NCBI GenBank assembly: GCA_030141605.1
Contig: JAQGDQ010000005.1
Location: 992,180-1,056,179, forward strand
DNA: 64,000 bases
Source: Tubiluchus corallicola
Taxonomy: Eukaryota > Animalia > Priapulida
Direction: 5' to 3'
This document shows positions 41,101 to 53,100 of this stretch, piece after piece. Made by a program: the position numbers and the translations under genes. Within the stretch, counting starts at the first letter, position 1. Each line of letters starts with the position of its first letter. The notes below the pieces were generated by a model. That model did not search any database. It had not been told where the DNA came from and saw nothing but the letters and a program-made list of their open reading frames with translations.

Positions 41101-44100
41101 ATACACAAACTCTACTCCAGGCCCAACTAGGCTACATGGTAAAACAAGCTTAAATTTTTATTCCAATAGCATAACATCTTTCAAAAATTGAAAAACTTAT
41201 TTGAGACATAATTTCCACTCTATAGCTATATTCCTATTTAAAGCTCTGTAATTCTTAACTAAGAGTATGTGAGTATTTTACCTATTGATAAACTTGACCG
41301 ATTTATTTTTTATTTATTTATTATTAAATAGATGACTTTTATTAAAAAATCATTAAGCAATTGCAGGAATTGTCATTATTTTTTGAGGAGTGGCTTACTG
41401 TGTGCATTCTCCAAAGGACAGTATCTGATACAGATCCCTTCACCATCGAGTTCAATCACGTCAGTTAACACTTCCGGAATATCACGCTGCAGGGTCTGCC
41501 CCATCTGAATATAACAAAACATCCACAAATTAAGCAAACATGAAGCGTTAAGAATTAAATGCACATCTTTGGGCAAAAGGCATTCTCACCAAGTTTATAG
41601 GACATGCATTTCATGCCTACAAGTGAGAGCTAGTATTGTTAGCGATCACGATTGATTTTCAGAACTGACTGCGATATTCTAATTTTTTTTTAAAATTGGA
41701 AAGAAATTATCACAAAAATGATCGCATGGATCAATTACGAAGCAATCATAAACAATAATCACAAAAGTGATTGCAATCATTTGTGCGATGACCATCACTG
41801 ATCATTGATCGTTAATTGCCATCATTTCAATTGCAGTCATAACAACCCTGGTGGAAAGGAACCTCTGACGAATGAAGAAATAGAAAAGCCAGGCCCTTTA
41901 CATCGATAACACTTTACCAAACTTCTTTTTAATACAGTTTAATTCATCGACTATTCGTGGTGATGTCTTTCAAACGAAGTGTTCAGTAGAAAAAAGTGGT
42001 GGAAACTGGACAACAACACCAAGGTCACCAATAACAATGACCAAGACATTAGTAAACAAATTGTTACTGTAATAAGATGATAAATGGAAATTGTACAGCA
42101 CAAAGGAAACTGAATTAAGCTGCATCTATAGCGACGCTGTAAGAGATAACATGTGCTCTATCACCTATCTTTGATTTGACAGCAAAGAAACATTCAAGTT
42201 GATTTGACAGCATGATCTTCTGGATGTTGTTTTTTGGATGTCATGGTTAACAGTTGTTCTAAAATTTTTAAACCCCATACTGTCACAACTTACCTGACAA
42301 CAGTTACTTTATCTATGACATAATCTTTATTTATTTTTGATAATTTTGTGCAGCATGCCAGTGGAAATAGATAAAATGTTATCTTACGACTGCTCGGCAT
42401 CTAGTGTGAAGTTGCTACCATTCAGTTTGACTGTACCATCTAACTGTTAGCAGGAATTGTATACATTGCAGAACCACTGTAGAAAAGAATCTTATTTGGT
42501 TGAGTTCTGTTTGCCCAGGGAAAGCAGGAAGTGTATGTGTAGCGGTTTGCCTCTCGTAATGTGATGACTAATAATGTGTTGAAATGTTTAACGGAGACTA
42601 TGTAGGGCAAGAGACGGAGACGGATTAAAGTAGAGTTACAACATTAACACTTATTTCTGCTAACGAAACACGTAAATTAACTTGACAACCTCATACACGT
42701 CACAACAATCTCATAAACGCGTATTCATGCACCGGTCAGTACGCCGTCCATTGTTCACTAAATGCAAAATACTGGACGAACCAACAATGCCTGCTGATGA
42801 TTAATAGAGGGCAGCACCATCTAATAAAAGTAAATGCAATCCTGGAATTACATTATGCTTGGAATGACATAGTACATGTAAATGGATTGAAAAATTTTCA
42901 GGCTGTTCTGGTGTTCTTAAAAAAACATAGTTACCCTTCGGTCCCTTCCAAACAAGACTTCAACATCATTTCACTAGCTATTTGCAACTTTTCACTTTAG
43001 TCAAATTTGCAAATTCCCAGATAACTAGTTTGTGTCATAATCACATCATTTATTTTTGTACTTTAATTTTGTCATTTGTTCATACATGGCACAAGTTCAC
43101 AGCACATAGAAATATGATTAGTGGTAACTGTTTCAACTAATGTTATAGGTTAAATCTAATAACAACAATAAATGTGGCATGTTATTTAATGCATATTTAT
43201 CTGAACCATAACAGTTTTACACACTTTCTGCATTTTCAAATGAACTAAATCTATAATTAATATTACATAATCAAGATATAATTAAATAGTTAATTAACCA
43301 AATTTAATTTCTTAACACATTCTCACTGTAGCACATTTTAAATAAGTTTACTTACTTTCATTTTAGTAGTAAGCTTGCATACTTTATGTAGTGATTACAG
43401 AATATCACTATTTTAGCTCTTTTGAAAAACTGTGATGGTTCAAATGACTAATAACGAACATAAACTAGTAAAGATTTTTTACTTTTTACTTGAATATAGT
43501 TATTTATAATCTCGTCGTGCTGGCAGAGATTTGTAAGAAAAAGCTACAAAATTGATTGTTGGAATTAAATTATAAAAATTACAGTACGAATAACAACACA
43601 GTACGTTGAGTGAAAGCACTCTACATGTAATTAAACAGATTGATTTATACAAGACTATGTCCACGTAAGTAAGGTGTGTTGAAGAAGCAACATAAACAAC
43701 TGACATGTAACTTTGAGAAAATAGCTTGTATGCTTTAGCTTGTAAGCTGACATTATGAGACAATTAGATAGCTGGACAATGTTGTATAACGTCAGGCTGC
43801 CTGAGGAGGTGTTGTCAATGCTTCTCTTTTCTGCATTTGTAGTAAATAAATTCACATAGCAGCGATATGAGTGAGACAATGAATCCACAAAGCAGAACCC
43901 ACAAGACAGCACCAAGTTGGTTCAATGTAATAGACTGGACATTAATGGCCTGATGAGGTTCGTCCACACACTTTCTCAATGGTTTCATCATGGTCTGTAA
44001 AAAATTTTCTATTAGATCACCTTGCATCAACGTGGCAATTCCGAAATTCAATGACTCGGCAAAATCATTTACTTTCCTAATTCCAAAAGTTAATGGAAGT

Positions 44101-47100
44101 GGAACGAACGAAACTGGTGCATATGAAAACCTACATCTTCCATGCACATAATAATCCTGAATTAATGCCAATGCTGCATATATATTATCATTAAAATATG
44201 TATACTTCCCTGTAGCAGTTAAGTTTAATGCTATCTCTACACTGTCAACAGGTACATTTCCATCAGCTTCCATTTTCTTCCACAGCTTCCCATATTCAGA
44301 CTCAGGAGCACTATTTTTCAACACTGACGTTGACGCAAAATCTCCTACTGTAACAGGAGTTGTATCACTGTCTATCAATTCTTGCAGGGAAATGAATGAG
44401 TAACTTTCTTTGCTGATAAACAGTTTACTAACTAATGTCCCTGTGTACATTGCTATCATATTTACAGCAAAAATCCACCACCATCCAATAAGCATTCTGG
44501 TTGACAGGCATCTGGGTAGGTAAGTTCCAGGTTGTTGCAAAAGTGACGACAGTGCGAACCGAATAAAGTATATGACATTGTTTCTTTCAGAAAATCTCCC
44601 CTTTTGCTGGTTTGCTGGCTTGGTGCAACAATCGAGACAAAACAGTAGTGATCCAACCACTAAAGTATATGTTATTAGAAGTAGCCAAACAGGCCAAGAA
44701 AATGGATCTGTCAAACCAAAACCTTTTAGTTCATGTTTCTTTACAACAAAAACATTTGGTGAATATGCAATAGGGTGAAGGAATCTCATATATTCAGTTC
44801 TTTCAGGAATTGTAGACACTAATCCAACAAGATCAACTTCTCCACTTTCCATGATTTTTTCAGGAGTTTCTAGTGATCCAAAATATTTCACAGTGTACAC
44901 AAAGTCTAAACTTTTGCTAAGCATCGCAATAATTTCATTCAAAAATGGATTGATTGCTTCGTCTTCCCAAAATGCTACTCTAAGATTTATTCCTCCGAGT
45001 GAATAGTTGTGCTTTTTAACAGTGTAACTAAGAAGACCATTAACGTTTTTCGGCATAAAGTTATCCAGTCCTGCGTGACACCAGGCAGACTGAATTGACG
45101 ATTTTTGAACATGACAGAGAATTTTATTTTCACAAATTATCATCCACACAGGACTTGTAGCAAAGCTCAACATTAAAAACAATAAACTTATCCAGAACAT
45201 TCTGTTGCACAAATACTATTATTAATGTGTATTAATTCTGTGTGAAAATTAAAAGTTCTAGTATATTAAAAGTATAAATTCGTAAAAACGCACACGTGCA
45301 TTTGTCATGAAAATAAAAACCGATTGACAAACAGTGACTCTTAACAATGAGTTAGGCAGAGGAGGTAATAGACAATATCAGTATTGCATAAGCACTGTTT
45401 GCTGAACATTAGCTTGCATTTATTCAACTGCTGCCTGTTTGTGTAAGAATGGAAAGCTTTCAGCAGCTGAATAAAATGCACACACGTCATCTGATTTTGC
45501 TATATTTTACGTTTCACCATTTGAGATGAAACAAACTTCAGAACAGAAGTCCTTATTAAAAGCAATATCATAACAGACCAGTTTTGTCAATTTTGGACAT
45601 TATTTACATTATCAAGAAGGTTATATTTTACACTTTTTTTACAAAAACCACTGTTTACAATAATCATCTCTACAATGTCAATCGTCAAAGTACATCACTT
45701 ACATTCATGTGTTTAATAAAGCAATAAATGTCAGTCATTTATGTTAAGCAGTTAACTGACTGTCTCTTTGCCAGAAGCACTCAAAAATAACAGTAACTCA
45801 GTAAACAGATCGGATTGACCAGCGTGTATCAACATTGGAAAGGGGGATAGAAATGCAAGGACATTGCTAAGAACTTTTTTTTGTTTGATTAAATAGAAAT
45901 GAACTGCAATCGAATGAACTGCTAATTTTTTGACAAGAAAAGAATCATGCCTATTATTCAATTACTGAGCAAAATTATATATATATATATAATAGCTGGT
46001 AATTTCAAAGCAACAGTTTACTTTGCTTTTTAAGAGCGATTCCAGATGAATGATTTTCACAAAGAACATTACAAGGTAAATGACCTATATGGAAACTAGT
46101 GCAAGTCTGATATCGGTCCTTTGTGAGGGCTCGTATTTTCAAAATTTTACATTTCCAGGAACTATTGTGAGTTCGATGATGTTTGGCTATTTCTGGACAC
46201 AACTGGACCTGGAAGTGGTTCAACAATTCTTACAAGCACTTACAACAAAATGGCATAATGAAGACTCTTGAAACCTGAGCAGGTAAGAGACCAAAAAGTA
46301 TATAGCACTTGTTCGCCTTTTGGTGAGTTTTGACTTTTGAATTTGTCTAGGCATGACAGTTATGTGTGTGAGCATTTCAACACAAAAAAGTACAGAGTTG
46401 ACACACAGTTAGTTGAGGGACTAAACACGACGAATGCGAAATAGTGAAAGCCAAGGTAACTTTGACTTCTGCAAAATCAGCCATTGAACGTGCTAGGCTA
46501 GGATCGTTCGGAATTTTTTAAATCAATTCCATTTGAATAGAGTAATGTACGGCTGAAACTCAGCCACATAAAAGGAAGCCAGTTATTTGTTGACCCTACA
46601 CAGATGACACTCAATTAACTAACACAACGAATTGGTATACTAATGGTATAGGCTTTCGTTTACATCAAATCAAGATGAACGGGTGTTGCGCTGGTGAACT
46701 TATGAAAAAGGACTTTCGAATTTTATTTATTTCAACCCAAATTATCTTGCCTTTTAAATTCTGTTATTTAAATGCATACTAAACACTGCCTAAATAAATG
46801 CATACGATAAATGACAAGTTTGCAAAGTGCAAATTTCCATTAATAAGACAAATACAGCACAAAGGCTGCCGCCTGTATATAAACAACATGAGATATTACG
46901 CCTTTGTATCAGAAATAATGATATATAAAGCACAATAGGAATTTTCATTAATGAAATGAGTAGTGGAAGTTACCAATCTGCAATATCAAAGATATAACTA
47001 GGCTCAATGGTAGGTGTAGCAGACTTAGCATTCTTTTTGTTAATCTTACTTATCGTGCACGAGGCGCCATCTGTGACGTGAATGTAAAGCTTTTGGTTTT

Positions 47101-50100
47101 GGCCAGCGTTTCTGTTTGTTACCTGCTAGTCACCTGTCTGTCATTACATACCTGTGCTCTGAACAGTCAGGTTAATCCATTTATGGGAGCTGTTGGACAT
47201 TTATGTTATACTGGACATACTAATTATGTTAATAAAGCATACAGTGGTATTAACCTCTGTTTACAGTGTTTTCTGTGACTACATCATTAACCTGACTAAA
47301 CTATTATGCTGACATTTGCTGTGGAAAGTTTATTTTTTACAACAGTGAACTGTGGAGGATTAGAAGCCATGCTGTAGCCTATACAGGTACACAACTCTGA
47401 GCTTGACCTACTTTGCTGTTAACACTGATTGTAGGACAACTACTGCTACGTTGCTGTAAAACTTTAGACTGCTGTGTGGAAATAATAATGTCACAGTCTG
47501 GAAAGAAGGAGCTTTCTCAGCACGCAGATAATATTAGTGATGAGAGTGCCCCACTGGAAACTGAATCTACTGTCACGGGTACTACTGCAATTCCTGATTG
47601 GCAACAATTTCTAATGCCGTCTGAGAATATTAAAAAGTTAAAAAGAACTAGGTCAGGTCAAGTGGCCTACATGACAAGACTGATTAATGTTTTGAAGTCA
47701 CTACTACGACAGAATGCCGATTTTGAACTAATAAAGGAAAAGGCCGATTCATTAACAAAGGCCTATGAGGAGGTTCTAAACACTTGTGAGACTTTGAAGC
47801 AATTAGTGACTGAACAATGTGAATTAGATGAAATATGTGAGTACATGGATGGCAAAAGCTGTGAGTACAGTGCCGTGCAAGCAAACGTGGAGGCGTATCT
47901 ACAACAGAAATGGCAACCAAGCCCACATGCAGCACCCTCTCCTGGTAGTGATCATGGATCCGCCCGTTTGCATTCACTCAAGCCACCGGAAGTGCCCGCA
48001 CCACCGGGTAGCGATCATGGATCCGCCCTCACACGCTCATCACAGGCAAACTCGCGACGCAGCGTGAGTTCAAGCGCTAAAATAAAGGTGGATGCCTATA
48101 AAGCAAAACTAAAGCTTGAACAGTTGCAAGGTGAACAAATGCTAAAACAACAACAGTTGCAAAGTGAACAAGTGCTAAGACAACAACAGTTGAAAATTGA
48201 ACAAGAGTGTGAAAAACTTAGAGCAGAGACTGATTTTAAGATAGCAACAGAGAGTTTGCGAATTTTGCAGGAAGAAGAAAGAGATGCAAATTCAGTTGAG
48301 TTGCATTCACACTTGTCTCACATGACACCTGCACATGGAACTGCCCACCACAGATCGTAAGGGCGTTCCCAGGATAAAGCCAGACAAACAGCAATGAATG
48401 CAGGTGCATTCACAAGTGCAGACACACTCGTTCATGTGAACCCAACTTCTCGTGTTGTTGACGGGGCTCAAGTTGCAGAAGGACATGTAACGTACGACTG
48501 TCTTGACGATGCCCAGGTGAGGAATACACCATCTGCATCTAATGTCAATGTTATCAGGGAGATGGCAGATGCAATAAAACGAGGTTTTTCTTTACCTGCA
48601 TCAGCGCTAACTGAATTTAATGGCGATCCAACTGATTATCATCGTTTTCTATGCTCATTTGAGGCCAATGTTGAATCAAAATGCAGCGACGATGGTGAAA
48701 AATTGCACTTCTTACAACGATATACAACTGGTAAGGCTTATGAGCTGATTAAAAACTGTGTGACGCTGCAACCAAGTGAAGGCTTCTTGAAAGCAAAGAA
48801 GCTTTTGGAAGAGCGTTTTGGCTCTCCTTATGTGATAGCCCGAGCATACATTAATGGATTAATTGATGGACCAGAGTTCAAGGTCAGTGACAGGAAAGGG
48901 CTTCAAGATTATGCTGATAAACTGGTTGATTGCCGAGATGCTTTAGGGCGTCTAGGTTATCACGCGGATATTAATGCTTCTGATAATTTAAAGAAGATTG
49001 TGAGGCGGTTACCAATGCAATGGCGAAGCCAGTGGTTAAGTACGCTCACTGAAGAAGATGACTCTAATAATCAACATCATATTAAGGAAGCCACGTTTGC
49101 AGATTTAGTGTATTTCGTTTGCAAGAAGGCCAAAGCAAGCAACCACCCAGTCTTCGGTGACATATTTGAGAGCAGCAAACAATTATCCTCTAGAGGTGTT
49201 TCTGGGAAAAGGATGGAAAGGAGCAAAAGTACAAAGGTCTTCAACACCGAATTGGCAAGGCAAAATGCTAAATGTCCAATGTGTCTTAGAGACCATAGTT
49301 TGGAAGACTGCACTGATTTTAAGAAGAATGTTACCGATGACAGATTCCAATTTGTTTTTAAAAAGAAGCTTTGCATAAATTGCTTTAAGCCAGATCATAG
49401 ATCGAAGATGTGCCCTCTAGGAATGAAGTGCAAAGACACGAACTGTAAAACACGCACAAAGCATCACCAAATGTTGCATCCATTACCGAGGTTTGGTCGT
49501 GGTGGCATAACCGAAAGACGACAACAACCAGGGCAGCAAAAGACACCTAGTGTTTCATACAATCCGCCAAACGGAGCCGGGCCAAGTCAAATCGATGACC
49601 ACTCTGGAGGTAATGGCACTGTAGTGGTCGCTGAAGTCACTGAGACTGAGAATCGTAATGTACCAGAATTGAGGAGTTGTAATTCTACACAGTTTGTCGA
49701 TCCTGGCTGTTTTCTACAAGTTGTTCCTGTAACTGTTAAGTCGGAATTGAACGGTAGAACTGTTACAACATTAGCAATGCTGGACAGTTGTTCAAGCTCT
49801 TGCCTTTGTGAGCAAAAGCTTCTGCAATACCTCAATGTTGAAGGTTCCAAAGGTACAGTGTCCATAACTACTGTGTGTGGAAAAGAGCAGCGACAAGTTG
49901 AGAAAATTGACTTGCTAGTGTCTGGAATCGACTGCGATGAGTATATCAAATTACCAAGTGTAGCAGCTATGAATGGTTTAAATTTGAGTTCCACAAAGTG
50001 TCCAAAAAGGGTGGAGCTGAACACCTTTGAGCACTTGAAGTCCATTCCGTTCTACACAGCTGACATCAATGAGGTTACGCTAATGTTAGGCACAAATGCA

Positions 50101-53100
50101 ACGCGATGTTTTCTAGTCTATGAGACAAGATCAGGTAGTAATGATGAACCCATAGCAGTTAGAGGTCCGCTAGGCTGGTCCATATTGGGAGGAACATCAA
50201 ATAGTTTGCAGTGCACTAGCAATTACACGAAGACTGAGGATGGTGATATGTTGCTTAAACAAGTTCAAAAGTTTTGGGAAATGGATTCCTGTGGTGTTGT
50301 CAGAGAGGCAAAGGTTGGCATGTCAGTAGAAGATGCACAGGCATTAAAAGTTACTACTGATTCTGCACAGCTCATTGATGGACATTACCAGTTTAAGATT
50401 CCATTTCGTCAAGATCCACCTGAATTGCCTAACAACAGGCATGTAGCCTTAAGAAACTTCTTAATGCTGGAAAGGAAATTTGTAAAGGATAGCGACTACA
50501 TGGAACTATATAAGAAGGCCATGAGTGACAATATCCAGAAAGGCTACGCAAAGCAGGTAGATGAAGAATATTCTGGAATTCGTCAAGATGGTGATGGTAA
50601 GAATCCCATATACTGGTATTTACCCCACCATGGAGTATTTCACCCTAGGAAGCCAAACAAGATCCGTGTTGTTTTTAATTGCTCCTGCAAGTGCAATGGC
50701 ATATCTCTGAATGATGTTATAATGTCTGGACCGAATCTGACATCAAATTTATTAGATGTATTGCTACGGTTCCGAGAGCATGAAGTTGCTATTTGTGCAG
50801 ACATCGAGGGCATGTTCAACCAGGTCCTCGTAGATCCTTCACAGTATGACATGCTGAGATTCTTGTGGTATGATGATGGCGCTCAGATTGGCGACAGTCC
50901 AGTAGACTACCACATGTCTGTTCACTTGTTTGGTTGTATCTCATCACCATTTTGTGCCAATCTGGCAGTCAGAAAGACAGCTGATGACAATGCTCATGAT
51001 TTTGATGCTGCAACACTGTATGCTGTAAAGAACAATTTTTATGTTGACGATCTGTTAAAGTCTGTCAGCACAGAGTATGAAGCAGTAAGACTAGCAAATA
51101 GCCTCACGGAACTACTGCAGAGAGGCGGTTTCCACTTGACAAAGTTCCTTAGTAACAGAGAGGCTGTTATCAAAGAAATTCCGGAATCTGAAAGAGCCAA
51201 ACCTATTCTGGACTTGCAACAGAAGCTAGCTGATCCACCAATAGAGAGTGCCCTTGGAATTAGATGGAACACTCAAGATGTATTTCAATTCAAGTCTGTT
51301 CTGAAGGGCAAACCTACCACGAGGCGAGGTATCCTGTCTGAGACATCATCATTGTTTGATCCTTTGGGTTTCTTATGTGCTGTGATTCTACCAGCCAAGG
51401 TCTTACTCCAGCACTTGTGCAAGCTAAAGCTTGATTGGGATGAGCATATCCCAGATGATCTAGAAGCTAAGTGGCTAAAGTGGACTACTAGCTTGAGCAG
51501 TCTTAATGACCTGAAAATTCCGAGATGTATCAAGCTCATCAATTTCGGACCTGTTGCATCCACCCAACTGCATCATTTTAGTGATGCCTCGAATGATGCC
51601 TATGGAGTATGCTCCTATGTTCGGTTTGTTAATCAGCAGGGACAGATTCATTGTTGTCTGCTAACAGCTAAGAGCAGAGTAGCTCCTCTGAAAACACAAA
51701 CTGTGCCGAGATTAGAATTGCAAGCTTCAGTTATTGCTGTCAGAATGAACAAAACAATTCTAGAAGCTTTGGACATCAAAATAGATGCTGTTGTTTTCTG
51801 GATTGATTCAACATCAGTTTTGAAATTCATCCAAAATGAAAAGAAGAGGTTCCAAGTGTATGTGGCCAATAGACTCGCTGAGATTCATTGTGGTTCAGAT
51901 GTTAGTCAATGGCGGTATGTCAGTTCTTCGCAGAATGTTGCAGATGACATAACAAGAGGCATAAAGGCAGAACAGCTATCTGCAGACCACAGATGGTTCA
52001 AGGGTCCTCCTTTTCTCTGGAAAACAGAAGCTGAGTGGCCAGCACAGCCAACACTATTCCCAGTACCTGATGACCATGAAGAAGTGAAGAAAGTGCAGAT
52101 CAACTTGGCCATCCAAGAAGATGCAATAGACGAGTTGCTAACTTATTTCTCTTCATGGGAAAAACTCCGTAATTCTGTAGCTTGGTTCATCAAGTATAAG
52201 CATTACTTGAGGAACAAGGGAACAGGTTGCCATGGAAAGATAGAGAAGCATCTGCGATATGGTGATCTGGAAGAAGCAGAGAAATCCATTATTCATCTGG
52301 TGCAGAAGATTGCATTTCGAGAAGAGATAAAACTGATGTCTCCCGCATTACCAGGTAATAAAGAATCACTTAATAAAGAGAAGAATCACCTAAAGTCCAG
52401 TCCTCTGTATGGCATCAGACCCTTCGTGGATGCCGAAGGCCTACTGAGAGTTTATGGAAGACTAACCAGAGGTAGCTTCAACTATGGTTACAAATATCCA
52501 CTGATTCTTCCCTACAAACATCACATAACTGACTTGCTGATTCAATATTATCATGAATCATATGCTCATTTAGGCAGAGACTACGTTCTTTCCCAGATGA
52601 GACTGAAGTATTACATTATTAAGGGGAAAAGCGCAGTAAGAAGAGTTTTGTCTCGGTGCTTCAAATGCAAGAAAGAACGCTCCCGGCCTGCCGAGCAGTT
52701 AATGGCAGATCTTCCGACTGCAAGGATTAAGCCATACGATCCTCCATTTTCCAGAATAGGAATCGACTTTTTCGGGCCGATATATGTTAGACAAGGCCGT
52801 TCTACCATCAAGCGCTATGGGTGCCTTGCTACATGCATGGCCACCAGAGCTGTTCATATAGAGATCACGCACAATCTTGACACCGACTCCTTCATCAACG
52901 CATTTCGAAGAATCATGTAGAAGAGGAGAGGTGCTGGAAGTCTGGACTGACAGAGGGACAAACTTCATTGGTGGTGAGCGTAAACTTCGTGAAGCTCTAA
53001 AACTGTGGAATGAAGAAAAATTAAACAAGCATATGGTGCAAAGGGGTGTAAAATGGACCTTCAACACTGCAGGGGCCAGTCACCATGGTGGTGTTTGGGA

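Noticed and set aside
42601-42786. TG...CA bounded segment resembling a solo LTR
   Set aside because: No target-site duplication and no second copy in the window.
46339-46365. AATTTGTCTAG (U7-type Sm site) followed by a weak hairpin
   Set aside because: The upstream sequence is not complementary to the histone downstream elements in this window and the hairpin is marginal; likely chance.
47078-47278. 66-aa ORF duplicated at 54456-54656
   Set aside because: GTG-started ORFs lying wholly within the LTRs; the duplication only reflects LTR identity.
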